A stretch of 63,985 nt of DNA, counting the filler, from Octopus bimaculoides (Eukaryota): NCBI RefSeq assembly GCF_001194135.2. It is 5 parts of 5 records of this genome, joined end to end, with 100 filler letters (N's around TTAATTAATTAA, not from the genome) between each part and the next. Parts side by side here need not be neighbours in the genome. Positions count along the whole stretch, not along the records: positions 34,907 to 53,717 come from NC_068991.1; 4 more parts are not named here. One strand, written 5' to 3'. Numbering within the stretch: position 1 is the stretch's first letter; every line of letters begins with the position of its first letter. Shown here piece by piece: positions 38,431 to 49,041 of this stretch. The notes under the pieces are model-generated. The model was given only the letters and a program-made list of their open reading frames with translations, was not told the origin of the DNA and did not search any database. The translations under genes were made by a program, and so were the position numbers.

Positions 38431-38913
38431 GGTGCAGTAGTAGCTGTGTGGTAAGAAGCTTGCTTCCCAACCACATGGTTCTGTTGTGGTTAAGGAACTT
38501 GCTGTGGTATTTCAGATTTAATCCCAGTGACATACCTTGTGCAAAATTTAGGTTAGTTAAAGTATGTTTGTGACGTATTTCAACAGCTAAAAGGCAAATT
38601 CACTGCAGTTACCATGGAGAAAATATCCCTCTTATAGTAAAAAGGCGTGACAAAATAAAAAACAAGCACAAAACCTTGTGAGTGAATTGTGTCAAAGCCC
38701 ATTGTATATATGCATGTTTTTGTCCCTCCTGCCACTGCTTGACAGCTGGCATTAATGTGTTTACACCCCACTAACTTAGGAGTTTGGCAAAAGAGACAAT
38801 AAGATAAGAACCACACTTAAAAAAATTACTACTGGGGTTATATTTGTTCAACTAAATCCTTTAAGATGGTGCCCCAGCATGATCACAGTCCAATGAATGA
38901 AACAAGTAAAAGA
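38431..38913 (+). mobile_element. SINE family B, diverged
   Basis: Head and tail recognisable. Confidence 0.7.
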
Positions 38914-38936
38914 ACACTTCCTGTTTTCGTCTATGT

Positions 38937-39241
38937 CAGTGTTTCTCAACTATTTTTTTACCTATGGGCCCATTTGATTCCTATTTTACTTTGGTGGACC
39001 CTTTTCCCACATTGCTACTTGATGTTTAAAAAACCTTATTAAATATTATTAAACTTGATGTTTAAAAAACCTTTTTAAATATTATTAGGAATTGTATACA
39101 CAAAGTTGTTAAAATATTTTATGTATTGTAGAAATATAGCCAGATAGATTGCAGATAAATTTTAACAACAAAATCTTGTATGGACCCCTTAGGGTCATAT
39201 GGACCTCTTAGGGTCATATGGACCCTGGTTGAGAACCACTG
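38937..39241. mobile_element. hAT (Charlie-like) MITE
   Basis: TIRs cagtgtttctcaac / gttgagaaccactg; 8-bp TSD gtctatgt / atctatat; subterminal tandem tatggacc..ttagggtca units. Confidence 0.85.
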
Positions 39242-39526
39242 ATCTATATCAACAAAACAGGTTTCCACTTCATGAGCTGACTGTTAAATATAACAGGGTC
39301 CCTAATATACAAACTTAAAACTAAACTGAAGACCTTCATTTCTTCTAAATGTTTTCATTAAGTAATTCAGCATCAGGGAATTTTTAATAACTAAATGGAT
39401 TCAAATAAGCTTATACAACCTTTTAAAGGTTAAAAAGACTTTCAAGGGGTAAATACAAAAATGTAACAAACTAAAAAATAGAAAGTGATTAAAAGATTAA
39501 AAAAATATTAAATAAATAATCAGTAC

Positions 39527-39567
39527 CTGTTGTTGTTGAAGCAAGTATTGCAACTACAGCCGCATTC
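39527..39567 (-). CDS. TJAP1: TJAP1/BEGAIN-family exon ECGCSCNTCFNNN(S)
   Basis: Acceptor ttttccttcttgatttgcag|, donor CAG|gtactg, 41 nt, phase 0 to 2, compatible with both flanking exons. Confidence 0.8.
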
Positions 39568-39857
39568 CTGCAAATCAAGAAGGAAAATTAAAGGTTTCAC
39601 TTTTTATCATCATGTCTACAAGCAACATCTAAATGCATCTTTTCTTCCTAACAATCCTGATCACTTTTGCTCTTTGAATTTACATCACATCCTACAGCAA
39701 ACAGCTCATCCTCTCCTCTTCTAACAACAAATCTTTAATGTAGCAGTTGTTTACTGGTCTACAAGTCAGATTCAGACAGAATTTTTCTATTACTATCACC
39801 AGATTTCAACTTGCCTCTCTCAATTTTACACTTTGTTTTTTGATAAGTTTTTTTAAA

Positions 39858-40015
39858 GGTGGCTGTGTGGTAAGTAGCTTGCTTACCAACCACATGGTTC
39901 CAGGTTCAGTTCCACTGCGTGGCACCTTGGGCAAGTGTCTTCTACTAAAAGCCTCGGGCCGACCAAAGCCTTGTGAGTGGATTTGGTAGACGGAAACTGA
40001 TAGAAGCCCGTCGTA

Positions 40016-40050
<35 letters not shown>
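39858..40050 (+). mobile_element. SINE family B 5' half; its (TA)n runs into a gap
   Basis: Low-divergence head ending gaagcccgtcgtatatat. Confidence 0.85.
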
Positions 40051-40485
40051 NNNNNNNNNNNNNNNNNNNNNNNNNNNNNNNNNNNNNNNNNNNNNNNNNN
40101 NNNNNNNNNNNNNNNNNNNNNNNNNNNNNNNNNNNNNNNNNNNNNNNNNNNNNNNNNNNNNNNNNNNNNNNNNNNNNNNNNNNNNNNNNNNNNNNNNNNN
40201 NNNNNNNNNNNNNNNNNNNNNNNNNNNNNNNNNNNNNNNNNNNNNNNNNNNNNNNNNNNNNNNNNNNNNNNNNNNNNNNNNNNNNNNNNNNNNNNNNNNN
40301 NNNNNNNNNNNNNNNNNNNNNNNNNNNNNNNTTTTTTTTTTTTTTTTTTATCAAAATGAAAATTATTTCTTTATGTTGCTATTAAATTTTGCTTCATCTT
40401 TTCTTAAGTTAAGGTTTAAGGTCTGAAACTCAGTGATTATATTCAGCATCATTTTTACATCAATATTTCGATGTTTGCATGGGTT

Positions 40486-40790
40486 AGACAGGTCATCTCC
40501 AGTACAGCATCTCAACTCTTGATCAAGGTCATTTGTCATCTTCATCAATTTGAACATTCCAAGATCAGCTTTTCTCCACTTCTTCCTTTGCCTTCACCTT
40601 CTGCCGAGTTCTTCCACTTGGATGGCTTGATACTTCTTTATCCAACTTGCATTATTTGTGTCCTATTATTCATGTACACTAATATTACACATCTACCAGG
40701 ATTAAATTTCCCCAACCCTACCTTTCAGAACACCAACATTGATGGTAGTGACAATTCTGAAGTTGTGCAACCGACACAAAGAGGTGGGAG
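40486..40790 (-). mobile_element. Old RTE APE-domain fragment
   Basis: RIVTTINVGVLKGRVGEI resembles the RTE endonuclease N-terminus seen in this genome; heavily decayed. Confidence 0.55.
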
Positions 40791-41774
40791 GGTTGATGTC
40801 TGTTTTCTGCATCCGAAAGGAAAAACAGTTTATTTGATGATGGTCACATGTTTCCACTAGCGGATGTTTATTTTTAGAATGATATTCCAGAGTAGGTGTA
40901 GCAGACAAGACCTGGCTGGTTTGAACATAAAACAGGTAGAAAATTTGAACTGGATATGGCTTGTTTAAATGATAAAGGACTAAAATGTCTCCTCTACACT
41001 TTGTCAGCTTTTATTCAGTTACTGCACACTTAGAATGCAGGTTGTAGCAATGGTAACCAAAGTTTCTGCTCTACTAGCAGCCAGGTTCCTTTGTTATGGC
41101 TCACAGATCTCCGTAATATCACTAAGGAGGCTCCTAGTATGATAGCAGGAAGGGAGGGGTTAGGGTTACAACAAATTGATGGGTTTGTCTTGACTGGCTG
41201 AGGAAGTACAGGAGAGAAAGTATACAGCAGGCTGATTGTTTTGTTTGGATGAATTGCTAGAAGTGAAGTGTATGGAGGGTGGATTAAAGTTGATAGTCAG
41301 GTTGCATTAATGAAAGTAATGGTGGCAAATCATATTTGTCAGGAGAGTGGAAAGAAGAGACACTCATACTACTGACTGGATGCATTTGCCTCATTACAAT
41401 GATTATAACTAAACACAATATAATTTCTTGAAACTGAGAAAAGTTTGATGATACTGATGAATGACCACCTAACAACATTACCAGTAATTATTAGCTTATC
41501 TGCTAAGTATGGCTCTGCTAGCATACCAGAGACAGATAGAAAGAGAGGGAATTGATAATAACAAATATGATTCAATACTAAATACAGAAGCAATTAAATG
41601 CAATAATAATATCAGTAATTATTAGTTTAATTGATCTATTTTGCTTCATTTATGGTAGAGATGTAAAATTTTCATGTGCTCTATTGCAGTAGATCTCTAT
41701 GCAGAGAAGGATGAAGGGAGAGAGAGAGAGAGAGAGAGAGACGGACAGACAGACAGATAGAAATTGTAATTGAA

Positions 41775-42006
41775 GGCGGCGAGCTGGCAGAAACGTTAGA
41801 GCGCCGGGCAAAATGCTTAGCGGTATTTCGTCTGCCATTATGTTCTGAGTTCAAATTCCGCCGAGGTTGACTTTGCCTTTCATCCTTTCGGGGTCGATAA
41901 ATTAAGTACCAGTTATGCACTGGGGATCGATGTAATCGACTTAATCCATTTGTCTGTCCTTGTTTGTCCCCTCTATGTTTATCCCCTCGTGGGCAATAAA
42001 GAAATA
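41775..42006 (+). mobile_element. tRNA-derived SINE family A, full length
   Basis: Head ggcggcgagctggcagaa, B box gagttcaaattcc, 16-bp TSD agaaattgtaattgaa (41759-74, 42007-22). Confidence 0.9.
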
Positions 42007-42549
42007 AGAAATTGTAATTGAAACAAGGATATACTACAGTGAAGTTGAGACTGGGTGGCATTTGCTTGCTTAAAAAATATATTATTACATTGGCTGTGTA
42101 ATTAAGAAGCTTCCTTTGCAACCATGTGATTTCAGGTTCAGTCCCACTATAACCCCAGCCTAACCAATGCCTTATGAGAGAATTTGGTAGCTAGAAACTG
42201 TGTAGCAGCACAATGTTGGTTCGTTTCCATCTCTGTAACTCAGCACTTTGCCGAAAGCAATTCATACAATAAGCACCAGGTTTAAAAGAAAAAATACTGG
42301 GGTCAATTTGTTTGGATAAATCCTTCAAGGCAATACCCTAGCATGGCTGTAATCCAATGACTGAAGCAAGTAAAAGATACTAATTAATATGATGGTTAAT
42401 AATAATAACAACATTACTACAAATCATCACCAATTTGTTAGATGCATTTATTTGCCAAGCATGGTTCTGCCAGTACACTTCAGAGGGAGAGAGTTAGCAA
42501 TAATAAATATTATACTGAATATGAAAATAATTATATATGACACTTAATA

Positions 42550-42750
42550 ATCTTTTCTACTAAAAGCACAAGGCCTGAAATTTTTTATGGGGCGGGGGCT
42601 AGTCAATTTTATCGATCCCAGTACTCAACTGCTACTTATTTTATTGACCCCGAAAGGACAAAAGGCAAAGTCAACCTCAGCGAAATTTGAACTCAGAATG
42701 TAAAGATGAATGAAATGCCACTAAGCATTTTACCCCACATGCTAACGATT
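42550..42750 (-). mobile_element. SINE family A (CpG-decayed)
   Basis: gaccccgaaagg...tttgaactcagaa...gctaacgatt. Confidence 0.8.
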
Positions 42751-42868
42751 AATTATTATCATTAATTATTAACTTCACTAATATGATCACTTTCATTTAA
42801 TGCCCACATACCCGTACTAGCAAAGGTTTAAACTGGAGATTTACTTAAGGATGGATTTCACAGTGAGT

Positions 42869-43022
42869 TGCACAGGAGTAGCTGTGTGGTTAAGAAGCTT
42901 GCTACCCAACTATTTGGTTTTGAGTTCAGTCCCATTACACAGTATCATGGGCAAATGTCTTCAACTATAGCTGCAGGTCAACCAAAGCCTTGTGAGTGGA
43001 TTAGGTAGACAGAAACTGAAAC
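42869..43022 (+). mobile_element. SINE family B head
   Basis: gtagctgtgtggttaagaagcttgctaccc...gtagacagaaactgaa. Confidence 0.7.
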
Positions 43023-43519
43023 AGGTTTGTGGCATATAATATGTATATGCTTGCATTTCATCATTTTGACATTGTGTGATTGTTGTAAAAAACTGTCATT
43101 CATTTCCATTATTTTGCACAAGACATGTCTGGCCAAGGGGAAATATTACCTTGCTTGGAAACAAGTGTGAGTTAGCAACAAGAAGAGCACCAAGCTGTAA
43201 AAAAAATCTGCCTCAATAAATAAACTCCTTCTAACCCACGCAAGATTGGAACAATAAATGCTAAAACAATGATAAGGACATTTTCTGATGTTCTAACAAT
43301 TCTGTTAATTTTTAAACATAGAACAAGCTGAAACATTTTACAGAAGTACTTGACTTATCATCATCATTTAACATCCACCTTCCATGCTGGCATGGGTCGG
43401 ATGGTTTGACAAGCCAGAAGACTGAAATATTTTGTCTGGTAGTCTCTAACAAAAAAAAAAAGCTGAAGTTAACTCAAAAGTTTAAAATTAAGCAAACTGG
43501 ATTATTTATTTTCACCTAC

Positions 43520-43614
43520 CTTGCATATGCCAGACATTTTTGGAATAAACACATGAGGTCGAGTAGGTGGAAGTAGCTGGCGAAACATGAGAGAATGCTG
43601 GAGTACTTCTTGAA
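43520..43614 (-). CDS. TJAP1: TJAP1/BEGAIN-family gene, exon containing MSGICK (core ATG at 43537)
   Basis: Minus strand reads CCAAAA-ATG TCT GGC ATA TGC AAG|gtaggt (phase 0), which joins in frame to ECGCSC of the next exon. The frame stays open upstream to acceptors at 43614 and 43597. Confidence 0.72.
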
Positions 43615-44153
43615 CTTGGAATAATATACGAAATACATCAGGCAACAGTTCATTTAGCACAAATACTCTTTAAGCATATTGTTCTGAAAATTAGGAAAAT
43701 AATATAATATTGTAGTAGATAAAATAAAATACCAGATTTACCAGCAAATAAGACATAAACCTATTTTACAAGTATATTGTGTGGAAGAAACAAATTTAGA
43801 ATGTTTCCTTATATCCTAACTGAAAAGAATTTTGAAGTGGTTTTGTAGAGGGAAAATGTAAGATTCTATGCATGTAAATATAATACTGTGATAATATAGT
43901 AAAATATGACCAAAACACAGTCTTTGGTCAGATTCTCTTCTATTGGTGGTTTTACTCGAAGGAGATATTTGCGAAGTGTTGTATTACTCTTGAAAGACGA
44001 GCTAGTTTTTGATGGAGTTTCTCTATATGTCTCCATTGAAGTCTAATGTCGACTCTGTACCGATTAGATAATACAGTTCTACATATAAGAGATGAGGAAT
44101 TATGTACATTATTTACATTTGACGGATATTTGTCCTCATCTTGTTTGTTGTTA

Positions 44154-44534
44154 TATCTCCTTTGAGTAAAACCACCAATAGAAGAGAATATGACCAAAGA
44201 CTGCGTATACTCCATTCCATGCAGCTGTGGTAGGTTATAGAAAGGCAAAACATGCCGCCCCCTCAAAATAAGGGTAGACGAACATTGCAAAGCTGTGACA
44301 CGAAGAGATATTGATAAATCGGGTATAGCTGATCATGTATGGAAAAATGGAGACCACCTCCCTCTGTGGGATGAAGTTAAAATAATAGACAGAGAACACC
44401 ACTGGAAAATACGAAAACTAAAAGAAGCAGCACATACGCTAGGACACAACAACCTCCTAAGCAGACCGAATGCAGACATGAGCAGTATAGGGGAACTGGT
44501 ATTAAGGAAGGATAGAAAAATATTAGATTTATAA
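44154..44534 (+). pseudogene. Penelope/Poseidon-type GIY-YIG endonuclease remnant
   Basis: YLL*VKPPIEENMTKDCVYSIPCSCGRL*KGKTCRPLKIRVDEHCKAV...SGIADHVW...KIIDREHHWKIRKLKEA...; matches the PLE EN pattern VYxIPCxCG..YIG.T.R.L..R..EH. Two in-frame stops (CGA>TGA and a TAG at the expected Tyr). Confidence 0.85.
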
Positions 44535-44563
44535 GCCCTAAAATTCACTCCATAATTGCCCAC

Positions 44564-44636
44564 AGGCATATGGCATAATGGCTAAGCACGCGGGCTACTA
44601 ACCCCAAGATTCCAAGTTCGATTCCAAGCAGTGACC
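44564..44636 (+). promoter_or_regulatory. tRNA-derived segment (Pol III A and B boxes) inside the PLE terminal region
   Basis: A box TGGCATAATGG at 44571-44581, B box GTTCGATTCC at 44616-44625, anticodon-like loop GGG-CTACTAA-CCC, followed by (AAT)n. Confidence 0.7.
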
Positions 44637-44710
44637 TGAACAACAATAATAATAATAATAACATCGAAAAATACCTTAGGAATGAGAACCCAGGTTCGAA
44701 ATTTCCCCAA

Positions 44711-44756
44711 GACACCTGAAGAAGGCTGGAGGGAATATCAGCCGAAACGTTGTGTT
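44711..44756 (+). ncRNA. Minimal type I hammerhead ribozyme (PLE-type)
   Basis: GACAC-CTGAAGA-A-GGCTG(gagggaatat)CAGCC-GAAA-CG-TT-GTGTT. Stem I GACAC/GTGTT, 5-bp stem II, palindromic ACGT in place of stem III; predicted cleavage after 44751. Confidence 0.8.
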
Positions 44757-44861
44757 AACAACAAACAAGATGAGGACAAATATCCGTCCAATGTAAATAA
44801 TGTATCAAATATTCAGTTGGAAATAATGACTATACATTATATTGTTCTAGTTACTTTTATT

Positions 44862-44892
<31 letters not shown>

Positions 44893-45641
44893 TGTCCTAG
44901 TCCTTTAAGGTAGACTGGATGCATTTTCTTCTTGTCACTAGCACTACAAAGGAAATTCCACAAAGGAAGAAAAAACAATTCTTTTTACTCTGTGCCAGTT
45001 CTTATTAGGAATCATGTCCATCCTAGATGGGTAGCTGGTAATACAACTTAAAGAGTTCACATAATACTTATACATTCCATTTTTGGCATGGTTTCTATGG
45101 CTTGATGACCTTTCAAAGGGGTTGTCAGCACCAGCGAGATTGGCTCCTGTGAGAAGACCAAACAGTCCCTTCTACTCTGTATTAGGTTTTATTCAGAAAC
45201 ATTCTTTCTACAAGGGCTATCCTGCATAAGAGAATGGAAAGTGTACTTTTTATTTGTAGTTACTGTCCTCCTAAATGGATTCCCTCATAGGTTAGGCTTG
45301 TCTCAACATCAGGCTAGTTGCAGTTGTGGTGTGTACGAATGAAGAATGTTCTGGTATGAAAATGCGACACATACAGAGGCTAACAGACAGGACACCTAAA
45401 TGGCAAGAAAGTGTGAAAGAGGAAGATATGAGCAGAAGTGCTAAAAGCTGAACCTCACAAAAGAGATGATAAATAAACACAACAAATGGGAAAACACTGT
45501 GTTGGGAAGGATCCACCTAACTCATGTAGTCATTAAAAAGTAAAAATGATTATATATATATATATTCATTAGCACAGGTATGGGTGAGTGGTTAAGAAAC
45601 TCACTTTGTGACCATGTGGTTTTTAGTCTAGTCCCACTGCT

Positions 45642-45797
45642 ATCCATGCTGGCATGACTTGGATGGTTTGACCAGAGTTGGCAAGCTGGGGAGCTGCACC
45701 AGATTCCAGTCTGATTTGGCATGGTTTCTATGGCTGGATGCCCTTCCTAATGCCAATCACTTTACAGAGTGTGCTGGGTGCTTTTACGTGGCGCCAC
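45642..45797 (-). mobile_element. RTE 3' tail fragment
   Basis: Reverse complement of the RTE tail (ggatgcccttcctaatgccaa). Confidence 0.65.
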
Positions 45798-46049
45798 ACA
45801 AGCGCTATTTCGTAGATGGAAACTGTGTGGAAGCCCATTGAATGTATGTATGCATATATGTGTTTGTCCCTCCACCAACCCTTGATAACTAGCTTTGGTT
45901 TGTTTACGTGCCCATAACTTTGCAGTTCAGTGAAAGAGACTGACTAAGTACTGGGCCTGATTTATTCAACTAAAAATACTTCACGGTGATGTCCCAGCAT
46001 GGTCATAGTCCAGTGAGATAAACAAGTAAAAAGACATTAAATATATATA

Positions 46050-46212
46050 GGCACAGGAGTGGTTGTGTGATAAGTAGCTTGCTTACCAACCACATGGCTC
46101 CGGGTTCAGTCCCACTGCGTGGCACCTTAAGCAAGTGTCTTCCACTATAGCTTCAGGCTGACCAAAGCCTTGCGAATGGATTTGGTTGACGGAAACTGAA
46201 AGAAGCCCATCG

Positions 46213-46244
<32 letters not shown>

Positions 46245-46493
46245 CATATGCACACATATATATATGTGTATATATATGTATGTGTGTGTGTGTATATGTT
46301 TGTATGTTTGTCCCCCCACCCATCGCTTGACAACTGATGCTGGTGTGTTTACGTCCCCATAACCTAGCAGTTTGGCCAAAGAGACTAATAGAATAAGTAC
46401 TAGTCTCACAAAGAATCTCTGGGTTGATTTGTTTGACTAAAGGCAATGCTCCAGCAGGGCCGGTCAAATGACTGAAACAAAAGAGTAAAAGAG
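46050..46493 (+). mobile_element. tRNA-derived SINE family B (CORE-like domain, internal (TA)n(TG)n), full length
   Basis: Head gtggttgtgtgataagtagcttgcttaccaaccacatggctccgggttcagtccc; CORE-like ggcaccttaagcaagtgtc; tail gactgaaacaa..agtaaaagag. Confidence 0.85.
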
Positions 46494-46575
46494 TATACAT
46501 ATGTGTGTGTGTGTGTGTGTGTATTCTTTTATACTTGTTTCAGTCATGTGACTGTGGCCATCTTGGTGCACCACC

Positions 46576-46608
<33 letters not shown>

Positions 46609-47189
46609 TGACTGCGCGTGTGTGACTGCATGTGTGCAAGCTTCAAAAGACAGCCTTTTACACAGGGATACACCTTTTGTGCCAACATATAGTCGTAAAT
46701 TTCTGACTAGCTTTTAGTCCCTTCTTACTCTGGCTATTATATTTTCGCTACGACTGGCAGCAATAATGAAGATTGCTAAGAAAAACAAACCATCAGTGCT
46801 GTTTTATAGACTTCATTTCATGAGTGGCTCTACAGGTTAATGATCCAGAAAAAAAAAAAACACAAATTTAATGACTTGTTTTCCTATCAATCTATCATAG
46901 ATCCCACGGCACCTTCTGGCACTCAATACTTGCATTGAGTGCAACACATTAACTTCGTACCAACTGCCCCTTTATGTAAGCAAATCCACTGTTACTCATT
47001 TTTAAGCCATTGAAACTGCTACACTTTCTGCAACATATGCACTAAATTCTTGACCTTGATCTGTTCCTTCTCACAAGCCACTCATGTACCCAAGTATTTA
47101 TAGTACTTACTAATCTATCAGGCATACTGCTTTGAGTTGTCATGTCCAATCTAATGGAAAAAGTGGACATAAAATTGACGAAATATTGA

Positions 47190-47662
47190 AAGTGAAATCG
47201 TGATGGCACCTGTACCAGTAGATCACTAAGAGCACCGTCCGAGCGTGATCGTTGCCAGAGCACCAGCTGTCTGGCTTCCGTGCTGGTGGCACGTAAATAG
47301 CACCGTTTGAGCATGATCGTTACCAATGTCGCCTTCCTGGCACTTGTGCCAGTAGCACATGAAAAGACATTCGAGCGAGTTCGTTGCCAGTACCGCTGAT
47401 CTGGCTCCTGTGCAGGTGGCATGTAAAATACACCATTTCATGTGTGGCCATTGCCAGTACCTCCTGACTGGCCTTCGTGCCGGTAGCACGTAAATGCACC
47501 CACTACACTCTCGAAGTGGTTGGCGTTAGGAAGGGCATCCAGCTGTAGAAACTCTGCCAAATCAGATTGGAGCCTGGTGTAGCTATCTGGTTCACCAGTC
47601 CTCAGTCAAATCGTTCAACCCATGCTAGCATGGAAAGCGGACATTAAACGATGATGATGATG
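47190..47662 (+). mobile_element. RTE 3' UTR-only copy (~66-bp tandem units + conserved tail + (GAT)n)
   Basis: Colinear with 28140-28640. Confidence 0.85.
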
Positions 47663-47984
47663 ACACACATTTTCATTCTTTTATATATTTTTTAACTTGC
47701 TTCAAAAGAGTGAGACTGGGGCTTTGGTCAATCAAACTGATCCTAGTACTTATTCTATTGGGGTCTTCGTGCAGTACCACAAGTTACACAGACATACACA
47801 AATCTATTATGGTTGCTATTCATTTATAAAGATGAGCTTCTGCACAGTTTTCATTTAAGAAATTCACTCAAACAGCTGAAGGTTACAGAACACACTAACC
47901 CAACAGGTCATGCATGAGAACTGAACATAAAACTACAAGGTCTTAAAGCAAAATTCTTTAAACCACACAATCATGTCTGCACCA

Positions 47985-48395
47985 CCATTATCATCATCAT
48001 CAACAGGAACTGGCAAGGCCAGGGGCAGCACCAAGCTCCATAAGTCTGTTTTGGTTCAGTTTCTACCACTGGATACCCTTCCTAATGCCAACCACTTTAC
48101 AGAGTACTGGATGCTTTTTATGTGGCACCAACACCTATGTCAGTTTTAGGATTTCAATTCTGACATGATGGATGGGTCTTCTTGAGTGCAGCAATGTGCC
48201 ACATATCTCGGTCCTCAGTCATTTCCTTTGTAAGGCTCAGCATTTTGTGACCAGCCTTCAATACTTTGTCCCATGTCTTCTTAGGTCTCCCTCTTCCACA
48301 ACTTTCCTCCACTTTAAGTACATAAACACACACATATCAACAGACACAACGTTTACAAGACTCTTCTGCAAGTCCAATCACAGACGGCTTCTCTA
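47985..48395 (-). mobile_element. RTE-family 3' end
   Basis: Minus strand GRGRPKKTWDKVL plus the tail motif tggttggcattaggaagggtatcc and (GAT)n. Confidence 0.7.
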
Positions 48396-48434
48396 GCATT
48401 TGTAACTTGATAAAATGTATTCACTTCATAATGT

Positions 48435-48808
48435 TGTTGTTGTTGGCACTCCATCGCTTATGACGTCGAGGGTTCCAGTTGATCCGATCAACAGAACAGC
48501 GTGCTCGTAAAATTAACGTGCAAGTGGCTGAGCACTCCACAGACATGTGTACGCTTAACGTAGTTCTCGGGGATATTCAGCGTGACACAGTGTGACAAGG
48601 CTGGCCCTTTGAATTACAGGCACAACAGAAACAGGAAGTAAGAGTGAGAGAAAGTTGTGGTGAAAGAGTACAGCAGGATTCACCACCATCACCTGCCAGA
48701 GCCTCATGGAGCTTTAGGTGTTTTCGCTCAATAAACACTCACAACGCCCAGTCTGGGAATCTAAACCGCGAGTCTGCTGCCCTAACCACTGGGCCATTGC
48801 GCCTCCAC
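48435..48808 (-). mobile_element. tRNA-derived SINE family C, full length
   Basis: Head gtggaggcgcaatggcccagtggttagggcagc, (CAA)n tail, 11-bp TSD cttcataatgt (48424-34, 48809-19). Confidence 0.9.
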
Positions 48809-49041
48809 CTTCATAATGTACCACAGCCACATTCAACAAACCATAAAATCTAGGACACGGTAAACATCACAAATTGATGAATGTAAGGTAAAGTTACTCT
48901 TTCCTAAACATTTTTCTTGTAGTTGTTCCACAAGAAATATTTCTATGACTCCACATTGTGGTACAATACCAATTGACTTCTGCTAATAATTCACTCCAAC
49001 TCTACCAAGTAGTAAATTTGATGCTATCAATCACTCACCTA

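Larger units (their letters stand above)
43917..44803 (+). mobile_element. RT-less Penelope-like mini-element (GIY-YIG ORF + tRNA-like head + hammerhead + tail) with an inverted 5' segment
   Basis: Plus-strand 44153-44803 holds the EN remnant, tRNA-like segment, HHR and tail. Minus-strand 44155-43917 repeats the tail, runs into an ATG and the EN N-terminal linker, and duplicates 44153-44200 in inverted orientation. Confidence 0.8.

Noticed and set aside
44163-44240. Selenocysteine or readthrough recoding of the PLE stops
   Set aside because: The TGA is a CpG-decay product (the inverted duplicate has CGA) and the other stop is TAG; no SECIS seen.
44564-44636. Functional tRNA-Ser(ACT) gene
   Set aside because: The acceptor and anticodon stems pair poorly and it is embedded in a repeat; treated as a tRNA-derived promoter.
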